Shown: positions 24,399 to 37,582 of the stretch, one piece after another
Numbering within the stretch: position 1 is the first letter of the stretch
Layout: every line of letters starts with the position of its first letter
Assembly: GCA_964106915.2 (NCBI GenBank)
Contig: OZ066919.1
Reading direction: 5' to 3' (one strand)
Length of the DNA stretch: 64,000 bases
Source of the DNA: Podarcis gaigeae
Lineage: Eukaryota
Translations under genes and position numbers: made by a program
The notes under the pieces: model-generated
Told to the model about the DNA's origin: nothing
Databases searched by the model: none
The model's input: only the letters and a program-made list of their open reading frames with translations

Positions 24399-24838
24399 CT
24401 ACTCCAAAAAGCAAAATCCACTGCCCAACTCAGCTTTCTAGAGAGACACCCTTGTGTCTCTACAAGCTGCTTGCAGACCCTTCTACACTCAGCTCAGTTC
24501 TCTTCCTGGGCCCTTCCCCACCCCCACCCCCCGAGGATCATCTTGTCCTACCACCTGCAATTCAAGACTCTCAGCTAAAGCACCCATGAGAGATGGCCAT
24601 CCAACCTCTGCTTTACCTCAGTACGTTTATCTTCATACATGTTACTTGGGCTGGAAAAATGCATTTGGAGCATTCGGAACTGCATTCAGAGAAATGTGAC
24701 TTTCAAATGATGGCAACATTTTGGTTCGCACATGGTTTCATGAAATGCAAATTATGTAAGTTCACCATTAAATGCAAAATGAATCCCATCCCTATTCACA
24801 ACAGTCGAAGAAGGCCCTTTTCAATTTTTTCCCTGATA

Positions 24839-25087
24839 CAGTCATACCTTGGTTGTTGAACGCCTTGCGACTTGAATGTTTTGGCTCCCAAAAGCCACAA
24901 ACCCAAAAGTGAGTATTCCGGTTTGCAAACGTTCTTTGGAACCCGGATGTCCAACGCAGCTTACACGGCTTCCGATTAGTGCATGAAGCTTCTGCAGCCA
25001 ATCAAAGCGGCACCTGGGTTTTTGAACTTTTTAAGAAGTTGAACGGACTTCTGTAACGGATTCTGTTCAAGAACCAAGGTTCAACTG
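24839..25087. mobile_element. pogo/Tigger-like MITE (second family)
   Basis: TA|cagtcataccttgg...ccaaggttcaactg|TA. Confidence 0.85.
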
Positions 25088-25179
25088 TATTTACCAATTC
25101 CTTAGGCTGTGTGTGTACATAAAGCTGAAGAAAAGCACTTTCGTTTTCCCACATTCATTCTCTTTTTGTCCGCCTTACA

Positions 25180-25289
25180 CAGACATAGGGAAACTTGGCC
25201 CTCCAGATGTTTTGGGACTACAACTCCCAACATCCCTAGCTAATGGGACCAGTAGTCAGGGATGATGGGAGTTGTAGTCCCAATGCCTG
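25180..25289. mobile_element. Short hAT MITE (URR1/MER20-like, actacaactccc palindrome)
   Basis: gggactacaactccc...gggagttgtagtccc and an 8-bp TSD (g/t)ccttaca. Confidence 0.8.
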
Positions 25290-26276
25290 TCCTTACACTT
25301 CAAACTTTCCCTGTGACTCCCAGCAGCAGCCTCGGGAGAAGCAGAAAGTGTCAACCAACAGCAAAGGAACTCATCTGCAGCTAAGACTTTGTGTGGGCAT
25401 TTCGGGGAGCAGGGGAAAGAACTCAAAATGCCACAAAGGGCATCTAGGCTTTAATACACCAGATTCATGTTAAGACATGGGCAAGGCAACAGTTAAGTCT
25501 GAAACAACAACCACAACAAGTCCCTGGTCACAAGGAAAAATAAGCACAAACTCATAACGTCACTGCAAATGCGATCATCGCAAAAATATTTGCAAAGCAA
25601 GAATTCCTAAGCCCTGAAGGTACAAGCATATCGTTCTTCCATCTAAAAGTTTGCTTAACTTCAGCTCAGGAAGTCAGAGAAGAGCCTTCACACACCGATC
25701 CTTCCCTTTTCTCTCTTTTTCAAGATACAATCCAGAAAAAGTTACCTCTCATCCTCTACCTACTCAGTTAAGAGTTAGGCAGACTGCTCTGTACCTTAAT
25801 AGTTTGGGCCTCACCGCGCATCTCCGTGGCTCTCCCCTGCGTTTCATTAGCTTATCGCGCCGCAAACACTGTTCCTCATCCCTGTGTTCTTTTCTGCAGC
25901 TCGGCTGGTAAATTTAATGCTTATTGCCTAATCACATTCCTCTCAACAGGTGAGGAAGGATAAAACAGCTGGGGGAAAATGACAAAATATTGTGCACATT
26001 TTCTGGTACGTAAGCAAGCTGGCTCCCAACTTCACAGGCAGCTACTCCCAGCAGCTCCAAAAATGCAGAAAAAAGGGGGAGGCCTAAAGGTTAGTGAGAA
26101 CTAGTCAGCCCCAGGAACAAAAAACAGAGGCGAAGTTGTCCAAATGCCATGTTTTGTGCTCTTCCTTCAGAAAATTTGTTACCATTGTTAGTATGGTAAT
26201 TTGATTTATTATCTACTCTTCACCATAAGGGCCCACATAGGATCATAGCAGTTTAATACTACAAAATGAAAAACAG

Positions 26277-26993
26277 AAGACCTTCCAAGTATCCCTATTT
26301 TCCAGGGACAGTCCCAGATTTACTGAAGCAGTTCCAGTTTCTGATTTGATCCCGGAATGTCCCACTTTTCCTTAAGGTAAAGGTAAAGGTAAAGGTACCC
26401 CTGCCCGTACGGGCCAGTCTTGACAGACTCTGGGGTCGTGCGCCCATCTCACTTAAGAGGCCAGGGGCCAGCGCTGTCCGGAGACACTTCCGGGTCACGT
26501 GGCCAGCATGACAAAGCTGCATCTGGCGAGCCAGAGCCGCACACGGAAACGCCGTTTACCTTCCCGCTGGTAAGCGGTCCCTATTTATCTACTTGCACCC
26601 GGAGGTGCTTTCGAACTGCTAGGTTGGCAGGCGCTGGGACCGAGCAGCAGGAGCGCACCCCGCCGCAGGGATTCGAACCGCCGACCTTTCGATCGGCAAG
26701 TCCTAGGCGCTGAGGCTTTAACCCACAGCGCCACCTGCGTCCCTTTTCCTTAGAACGTCCTTATTTTCATTGAAGAAATGCTGACATTGTATGGAGTTAT
26801 CCAAATCCCTGAGCCATCTGAAGGCAGCCCCATAGAGGGAAGTTTTACATTTTTTACATTTTTTAATATATGTTGGAAGCCACCCCGAGTGGCTTGGGGA
26901 ACCCAGTCAGATGGATGGGCTATAAATAGTAAAATTATTATTATTATGGAATAGGATGTCCCTATTTTCATCAGAGAAATGTTGGAGGCTATG
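26277..26993. mobile_element. Composite MITE (ACCCTCCAA-type TIRs) split by a Sauria SINE
   Basis: Homologous to 41153-42344 and to the reverse complement of 43957-44312. Confidence 0.8.
26375..26743 (-). mobile_element. Sauria SINE, young subfamily
   Basis: Full length with (AAAGGT)n tail and TSD TTTTCCTTA. CpGs retained. Nearly identical to the 53107 and 54423 copies. Confidence 0.96.
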
Positions 26994-27049
26994 ACAGTTT
27001 GGGACAAGAATAAGGTGGGTCCAAATATCTCAGGTGTTAAAGCCCAACA

Positions 27050-27690
27050 TAAAGAGGTGTGTCTTCAGAATATAATGCAAGCTGCACAATGAATAGAGCA
27101 GAAGAGCTTCTCTGGGGTGGGAATTACACAACTTAAGAGGCTGCCCAGAGGATGCCCTCTCCCGAGTTGTCACCTTCTGAAGTTCTGAGTGGTGGAAGAA
27201 TCAAGAGCATCCCTCTCTGCTGATCTTGGCACCCAAGGGTATCTGTAGGGAGGGAGGTGGTCTTCAAGATACTTTGAGCCTAAGTCATACAGGGGTTTCA
27301 GAAAACTAATGTGAGCATCTTGAATTGGGCCACAAAACTGGAAATCAACATACCATATTGGCCTGGATATAAGCCACACTTTTTTTCCAAATTCCGACCA
27401 TGAAAAATTAAAGTGTGGCTTAAATTCACGGCCTTACAAAAATGTACTTTTACTGCAAAATGGAACGGGTGTGAGTGCCTTCAGAATTTTAAGGGAGCGG
27501 CTTGTATTCAGGTATTGTCTTTTTTTCTCCCCCCCCCCCTTGAATTTTGAAGGTGCGGCTAATATTCAGGTGCTGCTTATATTCGGGCCAATATGATAGC
27601 TGCTTTAAAACAGGGCCTCTGTGAGTTCTAAACGTAACCCCAGCTAGTCATCTGGCTGCTGCGTTTTCGACTAGCTGAAGTTTCCAAGTA
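27050..27690 (-). mobile_element. L2 LINE 3' fragment, interrupted by a MITE (boundaries approximate)
   Basis: Minus-strand peptide LKPLYDLGSKYLEDHLPPY resembles the L2 ORF2 end (YKAL.GLGP.YL.D.L.PY). Confidence 0.65.
27353..27596. mobile_element. Tc1/mariner-type MITE
   Basis: TA|ccatattggcctggatataagc...gcttatattcgggccaatatga|TA. Confidence 0.75.
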
Positions 27691-30600
27691 GTTGCCTTCA
27701 AACCAATGGTCTGATTTTTAATTGACCAGCTGTCTCTTTAGGAGGAAATAGTACGTATAAAGCTACTAGAACAATATGCACCTAACAGAATCCTTGAATG
27801 CTTAAATCCTTGGGTGCTTAAAATCCAAAAATCCTACATTAAACATGAAAACTTTCCTGCCTGAGATAGCTACACTAACCAGTGGATGGCAGGGAGCCAT
27901 GCATCATGGGAGCTCAGCCCAAAGTCCCCTTCTCTACTCACTTTCCCCCGTTGCACTCTGCACATGCTCTGGGGTACTCTTGGTCTGAGTCACCCTTTTG
28001 TGGCTGGAACTTTGGGGAGGAGGGAGAAGGGTGAGTGTTGCTTCCTTTCGTTGGTTTTGTGAAGAACCAATACGGATGTGGCGCCAAAGTGGCAGCAGAA
28101 GGAAATATCTGCAGTGTGCAGATCCGCTGAGAGTGGGGCAGTTCCCAAATCGGAAGGGAGAGATATGAACAAGTTGAAAATCCTCACATGCTCATTTCTA
28201 CGCTATGCTTCAGGTGGCTGCATATACACTGTGGAAGCACTTTGCAACCTCCCCAGGAGAGGTTTATGTTTTGGTGCAGTGAAAAAAAGAACATGCATCT
28301 GATTCACACCAGAATTGGGTGTTTGCTATTCTTAAAAAAAAAAAAAGTGTAGTCTTTGACGGTAATGAATGAAGCGACCCTTGTCCCGAGACTGTTAGAC
28401 AAGCTGCAGTTTCCAAACAGCTTTACCAAACAGCTGTGCGTCTTGTATGATGTAGCTAAACACCTACACACTTTTCTCCAAGGTTGCATCTGATAACATG
28501 TCTGACCTGTGAGTCTTGAGGACATGAGCAAGGAAAAATGATGGAGGGGACAGCTTTTGGCTGCCTCTTGTGACTTCCTCCTGCACCAGCATTTCACTCG
28601 AACAGGTCTTCAAGGCATTTTTTGGAACAATTCATGTTTGGCGATTCCAGATGCCAAACATGCCTGAGGTTTCCAGTGAAGAACATGCAATGTGGAAACC
28701 AAAACAGTGCAGACAAGCCACGGAGCTGTGATTAGTCATGGCTGCCTGACATATGTTCCCCACAGTGTATTTCTTAGTATTTAAAGAGAGAGAAAATTCC
28801 ATATTTTACGATGCTCCCATGTTCGGAAGCATGGATTTATTTCATAAAATTTATACACCCCTTGATTCTTTAAAAAACAAAAAACGCAAAGCGATTTACA
28901 AAAAGACAGAATCAGGACATATGTAAAATAGATTAAAATGTACAGGAAGCTAAAATACTAAAACAGATTATAATTCGCATCAGCCTTTCTAAGCATCTGG
29001 GTAGGCATAACAAGAATGTCCTTAGTGGGTGACGAAAATCTAGTATGGATTTAATGACTGCTGGTTTAAAGATCAGAATTAAAGATATTTTGTGTGGGAT
29101 CTAGTTTTACAAAGCTGAGAAACGGCAAAGTAAGTCTGATGCCCCCAAATCTGTTGACCCTCAACACTCTGAAGTAGATTTGGGGATGGTGTAGGGGGCA
29201 CATGGGGTAATGAGGGGAGGGGAAAGCCCCACTGCACAAGTGGAAATTGGTCCACTTGTTTAGTTAAATACCAACCTTTATGTATTGCTAGAGGAAAGCT
29301 CTAGCGAGTTGCCCTGTGCCTGTTTCTTGCTTACATCAGCAGTGGGCAGAATGACTCACAGATACGCCATTTTTATAAGCTTGTAATGACCAACATCTGT
29401 TTTTACCACTCGCCTTAACTGTAGGAGCTCTCCTGTGCTTCTATAATCCGGGCTGCTAGCAAGGAAAAAATATTTTCATTCCCCCTCTCCCAAACTCTTG
29501 ATCACAAACAAATGTTTAGTTTCTCTCTTCACCACTTGTAACCTCGTTCTTGCATTTTTCACCCCTAATAAGCGCTATTTCATGATGGCAGGCGAACACT
29601 TTTCCTCCTCGGCTTAGATCAATACCTGTCTGAAAGTATTTGTTCACCAAAGGGGTAAAGCTTTTGCTCCTTCTCCCCAATGAACTTTTGCTCTGCTCTT
29701 AACATTACCTGCTTGTTACCTTAGATTCCTCTCTGTCTATTTCCTGAATGCTACTTGCCTCCACAGGGATTGTCAGAGAGTTAAAGAAAGTAAGTGTGGG
29801 GGGGGGGGGAGAGGGAGAGAATGAGAATGCCTAGCACATATTCTTGCTGTGCCTAATTAAAGGATTCTGCCAGCTATGGAACAGAAAGGCAAAATTAAGG
29901 TTTGATTTTACATTCTAGATACAAACCATGTTCCAGGGGTTGTTTACCAGCAGCGAAAAAGAAACTGGGAGGCACTGATCAAATGGGGATAGGTTGCACT
30001 AGCTGTTCATGTGTTTTGGACAGGAACAGGAAGATAGGCACAGTGGTACATTCTGCACAGAGATGTTTAGAAATTAAAGTAAGTGACTTGCTCCTGAAGT
30101 CACCTCTGTTCAAGAGCAGCCTTTGTGGAGCAGTAAAATTATTTGGATGTTCAAAGAGAGTGCAGAATTAAGAGACGATGCTCAATATAAACGGGGGTGG
30201 GTGGAGGGCAAGGTTAAATCGTTCTTCAGGGGCTTCTCAAAGCGCTGAATTAGAAAGGAGCAATCCTGCCAATTTCCATTTCTCTCAGCTTCTCATTTTT
30301 TCCAATCTTCAATCCTGTTTTCCACATTTCCACAGCAATTTGAGGATTATTATAATATATAAAAAATTCTAATCCTCATGAAAATTCATCAGCATTTTAG
30401 TGTTAACTTTTCCTAATAAACACATATTTTTAGGTGGTTTTGGCACTTGCCCCCCCCCCTAGTATAATGCATGTTTATATATGCTATTTTCACTAACAGG
30501 TGCATTTTAATGCACGCTTTCTCCTCATATATGCATTTTTGAACAGTTTGGTTGGAGAACTATAGCACAACATTTCAGAGAAAAATAGCTATGTTTGGTT

Positions 30601-31176
30601 CAAGAAGTGCAAGTTACCTTGTTCCTTATCAAGAGGCAAACAAAACTGAATTTCTCACCCATCCCTAGCACTGAGCAAAACCTTTAACCTTCGCCCCTAT
30701 TCCAGTACTGAGCACACGCATGAAGATTATGCCAAACACAACATTTTTTTTTAAAGACAGATGCCAGTTAATACCACATAAGGCTCCTCCACACAAGGGG
30801 AGATCTTTGTCACATCAGGATCCACCTTGCATGGAGGATTCCTATATATGTACATTTGTAATTTTACTTTTTATCGGAAAAGATTGACCACTCACATTGC
30901 AATATTTCAGAGCAGAGTACAGAAATGCCAAAAATAGTGCAGTTAAAATAACAACACAGCACACAAAGAGGAACAGTTCCCCACCCAGTGCAACTTTTAA
31001 GGTCCAGAGGCACATTTGGAAATCAAAGAAACTGTCACGAGCACCACAAAATACCCATTTAGCAGCGGAAAAACTTGGAATTGTTCAGATACAACATCCC
31101 AAAATTGACTTCCACCTCCAAAGCAATTAAAGCGCAGATGGGGGGAGGGAGAGAGAGAACAGGAATCCCTGCTACA

Positions 31177-31210
31177 CAAACAAACAAACAAACAAACAAA
31201 CAAACAAACA
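31177..31210. repeat. (AAAC)n microsatellite
   Basis: About 8 units. Confidence 0.9.
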
Positions 31211-32489
31211 TCCCCTTCATTTTAAAAGAAAAGCGTGAACTTTGGGCAAGAAATGAAAGTGGCTCTGAGGGCACTGTCATCCCATTCTGTGACTTTGCAC
31301 GGTCACAGAATTGGGGCTGGGGGCTAGTTGGTGGGTTTTTGCGGCCTCCTCACACATTATTCTGATGCTTGAAAGGGTTTGTCCAAATTCTCCTTCCGTC
31401 TCTTCACAAACTGCACACCTGAATCTCTTCACATAGACAAACTTTACCTCAGCCTTCTCCCCTTACCTGATGGGTGTGCTTCACCTTCTCCAAACCTGTT
31501 CTGGGTTTACTCACAATCCTCCGGAGCGGATTTGGGGAGAGTACATGGTTGGGGGGGGGGGGAGGCAGGAGGAGAGGACTTTTATCTCCTGCACAAACAG
31601 AAACTCTATTGCTAATGGAACTGCTTAACTGGATACCACCTTGAACTCTTTTTGCCCAGGCAGGCGCATTACGTGACCCATGAGAGCAGCAAAATAAAAA
31701 GGCTGCACAATGGTGATAGGGTAAAACCAGGCCAAATCTTTGACAGCAGCAGGCAGAGTAAGGGTTGGCATGGCATCAGGCCCCAGGATCAGTTCCTCAT
31801 TCCACAAGGCCCATGTTGATGGAATGGATCCGCCCCAAACTCTTTCCATGGGTGTCGGCCAGCGTTGAACCTTGCCGTGGTGCAAGCCAAGCAAGCGAAG
31901 TCTCACTGGGAAACACGGGTGCAGATTCCTAACAGGCAGATATCCCAAGTTTGGGGTGCAGTTGTCAATCGTCCCCTTAGCCCCCCCCCAATACTATGTT
32001 GATCCTGCCCAATGCCATTTCCACCACAGTCCAACAGACCTACCACACAGTCCAACTCCCATCAACCTGCCCCCAGAGCCAACCCTGAAGACCCCAACAA
32101 AGATCTTCCAACCAAATGTCATTGCTACTTTACGACAAGTGAACTCTGTGCAGGCAAAACAAGTTTGAAAGCTTAAACCTGACCAGATTACCATACTACC
32201 CCCCCCCCCTTGCCAATACAACACACACCGCTGCCTAGGTGTGTTGCCACTGCGCCACATCCACCTTTTGTGGGGCCCATGCTCCCCTCCAATAGTGTCC
32301 TTACAACCAAGACGACCAGGAGATGCACACTTCTAGGGGGCTGCCAAACCACCAAGCCATTTATTTATTTTTTAATGGCCAACTCTAAGTCAACAACACA
32401 AGCAGTCAGAAGCATTGAATGTGTTTGGAAAGCACTGGAATAAACTCACACCACAGCAGTTAATTCAGTTTATATTACCAATGATAGCA

Positions 32490-32683
32490 TATAGCCTCCC
32501 ATCAGATGTCATGAAAATAAACAACTATCTGAATTTTAGAAGGCATCTGAACACAGCCCTGTTTAAGGAAGCTTTTTATGACTGGTGTTTTAATGTGTTT
32601 TTAATCTTTTGTTGGAAGCTGCCCAGAGTGGCTGGGGAAACCCAGCCAGATAGGTGGGGTAGAAATAAATTATTATTATTATT
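32490..32683 (+). mobile_element. L2-like LINE 3' end with (TTA)n tail
   Basis: Peptide SLPSDVMKINNYLNFRRHLNTALFKEAF, then gctgcccagagtggctgggg...aaataaattattattatt. Confidence 0.75.
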
Positions 32684-33470
32684 TTCATCATCACTTCAGC
32701 GCTAGATGAAGAATAAAAATTGGCCACCAACCATCCTGCCCCACCCTGCCCTGCCCCGCAATTGCTGGTTAACTTACCAAGGAATAGAAGCCCACCTGCA
32801 GCTGCAAGACAAAATGGCTGTGAGCTCCCAGGGAAGCAGCCTTCATTATATAGGTTCCCCCCCCCCTCCTCCTTGCAGCAAGGGCTCATGGGACAGCTTT
32901 TTCCCATGAACCCATTCTGCACAGGGAGAATAATTTTTACCAATCTAGACTTTGGAAGGCTTATTTTGGAAGCATTATAAAAACCCCTCGTTCGCGCAAA
33001 TGTTGTAATAGCCCAGCCTACACTGCAACGAGGTAATTTTAAATCCAAATTCCATTTTAGTATATTTTAACATAGCTAAAGCTATTTTGCTCAGAATTCA
33101 AATTGGATGGCTGGGTTGTTGGGGAGGGGGAGAGATTACCTTTCCTAAATAACACGGGATGGAACAGATGGAAGTTTAAATAAAAATATAAGACATGCTA
33201 GATGTGTTTTTTCATCTGAGCATAAAAAAGAGGTGTGAGTTATTATGCTGAACTGCTAATGGAATGACTGCAATAGAGGAAATTCAAAGTCATGCTAAGG
33301 AGGTTCTTTTGTCAGTGCAAGCATTTCTGCATGTCTGGTAAATGATCTCTCCTTTTCTCCCCCTACATGTTGTTTTGGGGGTTCCCCTGACCCCCACCCG
33401 GAGCTGATTGAGGAGACACAGGCAGTACATGGTAGGGAATGGGATTGGGGCCAGCCCAGTTCCACTAGAA

Positions 33471-33620
33471 CAGCATTTCTTAAATGTGGGCCTTCAGCTG
33501 TTTTTGGACTACAATTCCCATCATCCCCATTCTTGCTAGCTAGGGATGATGGGAGTTGTAGTGCAAAAACAACTGGAGACTGAGAAACAGTTTGCACAGT
33601 TCTCAGTGTTTGAGAAACAC
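33471..33620. mobile_element. Short hAT MITE (actacaactccc family)
   Basis: Internal palindrome ggactacaattcccatcatcc...ggatgatgggagttgtagt. Confidence 0.65.
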
Positions 33621-36600
33621 TGCACTTAGCACAACTATTTAGTTGAATCCAGCCCTTTGTTGTTCTTTAATTAGAAATCACTCACTGTGTCAAGACTTGG
33701 GGCTGCTCTCTGCAGGTACACTCATCCAGGCAGAGGTCTGACAGTTTGTGGGAGAGTCCCTCACTTGCTAGAGGTAGCTTCTGTTATGCCTTGGACTCTA
33801 GGCACATGTGTCCAGTTGCTCTGAACTCATGCAATTTCTCTTCCCCCACCAGGACCAGTGCTGTTTATATACCCCATCTGAGGCTGAAATAGTCTGGTGA
33901 AGACTCAAGGCCATCATCTCCCCATACACCTCTGATGGTGAAAACAGGGGCAAGTAGTAACTGCAAACATTCCAATACTGAAAGGAAATGCTCCTCACCT
34001 GCTGAATTTCTGCCTGCCAAAAGGATGATAAATATAGAAACCTACCCCAAAAAGGAAGTGGGGGGAGAGATAGCAATGAATTCTTAGCTTTGAAGGAGCT
34101 GAGGGTGCCGGTCCAGGAAACATTTTGCTCATCCTCTTGAAGGCATTGGCAGGAGCTTAGCCCAACGCAGAAGAGCCCGCTGGCAAGTTACTGTGAGTGC
34201 ACAATGGAGGAAACTTTAATGCCAATTGTATTTTATTTTCATGACTTTGAAAATGGGACAAAAGGCATCCCAAATGGGACAAGGGACACCACTGTTTAAA
34301 AATGGGACAATTCTGGTTGTTTTTTTAAAGGGCTGGATGGCAACCCCTAGAGAGAAGTGGTTTTGGTAAAGGGGTTGGGATGGTGAAAAAGGAACTTAGT
34401 AGAAGCTCTAGGCGGTTCATGTAGGGGGAAATGGCAGGCAGAGCAAGCAAGGGGCAAGCCTGAGTCTTGACATATTATTGGTCCTGTTGGCTGTCGCAGC
34501 TTCCCCAGCCTCCCACTTTGCTCTCCTCCTTTGGGAACAAGAGCCCACTTTATCCTGATCCATTTTTGACACGGTGTGATTTGAAACTTCAACTAATTTT
34601 CTATTTGTCCCTCTCTTAAGTTTAATTTCCAGTGCTTCTGAAACTGACATGAAATGGGAACTTTTGGCAGTTCCTTCTTACACAATGAAACACATTAATT
34701 AATTCACTCTCTGCAGATTTCTAGTGGCAGTTACCCTTTTCATCTCTTGCAAGGATTCAGATTGCAGTAATGATGGAGAGTACATCGTGCCCTGTGGATG
34801 AGCAGCCAGGATATTATATATATCTGGAGCTCAGAGATGCTCGTGACAATACGACCAAATGTATCACAGAACTACTGCTCTAGAATGCTGCTGACGGCAG
34901 AAGCTAAAGGGCAGGATTCCCACCCCCTGCACCCCAATTAAACTCTCCCACAAAAAGACCCTTTGCAGCGGAGAGGAGCAATGCAAGAACCCCAGGACTT
35001 TTGCAGATTCTGTTCACTTTAATAGGTCTCTTTGCAGAAGGACTTTCTAGTGAATCGTGCCCAAAATAAATAAATAGTTTTGAATTTGAATGAACATCTT
35101 TCCACATTGATACAGAATAACTTCTTTAAAAAAACAAAAACTCTGCACATTAAATTATTTACCAGCCATTAAACTATACACAGTATTAACATTCCGAGGT
35201 GGGGGGGGTAATGAAAACATACATTAAAGCCCAAGTAGATAGTGCATCGGGAGGTTATTCCAGTCCTAATGGGATGTTTTTTGTAGTAGGGGGCAAGATA
35301 ATAAAAGCTCTCTGTATGCCTGTCTTTTCTGGTAGTCAAATGCTGTGTGACGACTCTCCGGTTTAATATTTAGAGCTTGTATCGAAAGAAAGGAAGGGAG
35401 CTGCCATTTTATGCATTTTGAGCGTGTGTCATAACTAGCAGCTTACAGACATTCTTTAGGGCATGATCCATTTTAAGCCCTGCTCAGCATGTCAACTTGT
35501 ACCGTTCTCCAGTGTGACATTTACAGGGAAATGTGCAAAAAGGGGAAGAAAAGCAAAAGGAAACCAAGTGTCATTTATAATATTTCCCCTTGCTCTCTCA
35601 TAAAGCAGGAGGCTGCTGCTTTGTCATTCGGGGCCCTTCTGTGGCATGTCTAACATGGCTGGGCTGGCCCTTTAGGATAACCATTTTGTGGCGACTTGGG
35701 GCAGAAGAAGGCTCCTCCTGATGGCCTGTGATTGCCCTGTGAGTTGTTCATGGGCAATAGCATCACCACTAGGAGAAGGCAAGTTCCAAAATAGCAACCT
35801 AATGGGAGATGATTGTTTAAAAAAGACCTGGAAGCGCTGTGTATTCATTGTGATAATGGATTCTTTTCTCTCTTTGGCATAAAAAGCAACTTGAGAAATA
35901 ATTTCACTGTCATTCAGAATCTTGTGCCTTCTCTTCATGAAACTTTATTTTCACTTCAAAACTTTCATAGTTTTTCTACCATCCCCCCCCCCCCATATAT
36001 ATTTATATATGTAATGTATTCTGCCCTTCCTACAAGGAACAGTGATGCATATCTGCTTATTCTCTCACCTATGCTATGTTGGCAGAATAGCTAAATTTCA
36101 GCTAGGAAGCCAAATCATGTGCAACACCAACTCTTTTCTTGAAATTAAAACAACATCCAAACACTCGTTAAAGTATTCAACAACTTTTACTTGCAGAACA
36201 TGTAGCTAAAGAAGAATTTATGCAAAGTATTTACAGCCACAGGCTGATCGAAACATAGGCTTGGTTTTTTCTAGTTGAAGATTATAGCTTCTTCCTTAAA
36301 CATTCAAACCAACTGTGTCTTTCTCTCATTCCAGTACTTTGCAACTTGGCATTCTGTACATTACCCAGCTAGGCCATGCAGTTCCTTCTGAGAGGTTTGT
36401 TGCGTTTCAGCTTATGTATTCTTTCATAAGGCATGAATTAGGTAGGTTCACTTTCAAACCTGAACTCATTCAAATCTCTCCTATGTGATTTAACGTTTTT
36501 ATCCAGCTGTTTGGTCTGCTAGAGCTACAGCAGCTTACAGTGCCCCATTTCACTGCGATTGCAGTATAATAGGGCTTCACATGAGAGCTATGTATGACAG

Positions 36601-36893
36601 TGGCTGCAATTCTTTGGCCATTTACCTGAATGTAAGTGCTACTGAACTCAGTTCTGAGTAAACCTGCATAGAGTTGCACTGTGAATCTACAACCACATAA
36701 CGCCTTTCTGCTTTTAATCACCTTTCCCACTCCCTAAACAATTTGTGTTTTTTCCTCCCTGGAATCCAGCTATCCGGGGGGGGGGGGGAGAATAGTGTTT
36801 TTCCTTAAGGGGTTTTCCCTTTCCTGCCCTGTTTATTTCAATAGTGGAAGAAGATGTATACCTCCAAATCAGGGAGATGCAAATCTATCTATC

Positions 36894-37582
36894 TGAAGCT
36901 CAGCATCAAAAAAACGAAGATCATGGCCACTGGGCCCATCACCTCCTGGCAAATATAAGGGGAAGAAATGGAAGCAGTGACAGATTTTACTTTCCTGCCC
37001 TCCATGATCACTGCAGATGGTGACAGCAGTCACAAAATTAAAAGACACCCGCTTCTTGGGAGAAAAGCAATGACAAACCTAGACAGCATCTTAAAAAGCA
37101 GAGACATCACCTTGCCAACAAAGGTCCGTATAGTTAAAGCTATGGTTTCCTCAGTAGTGATATATGGAAGTGAGAGCTGGACCATAAAGAAGGCTGATTG
37201 CCAAAGAATTGATGCTTTTGAATTATGGTGCTGGTGGAGACTCTTGAAAGTCCCATGGACTGCAAGAAGATCAAACCTATCCATTCTTAAGCAAATCAGC
37301 CCTGAGTGCTCACTGGAAGGACAGATTGTGAAGCTGAGGCTCCAGTACTTTGGCCATCTCATGAGAAGAGAAGACTCCCTGGAAAAGACCCTGATGTTGG
37401 GAAAGATGGAGGGCACAAGGAGAAGGGGACGACAGAGGACGAGATGGTTGGACAGTGTTTTCGAAGCTACCAACATGAGTTTGACCAAACTGCGGGAGGC
37501 AGTGGAAGACAGGAGTGCCTGGTGTGCTCTGGTCCATGGAGTCACGAAGAGTCAGACACGACTGAACAACTAAACAACAACA
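36894..37582 (+). mobile_element. BovB (RTE) LINE, 5'-truncated
   Basis: ORF 36968..37573 (LKSRDITLPTKVRIVKAMV...ESWTIKKA...RIDAFELWCW...LEKTLMLGK.EG.RRRGRQR), (CAA)n tail and 13-bp TSD AAATCTATCTATC. Confidence 0.97.

Noticed and set aside
31625-32350. GC-richer block with overlapping ORFs, possibly a DIRS/LINE 5' remnant or viral insert
   Set aside because: I could not identify any motif, termini or TSD.
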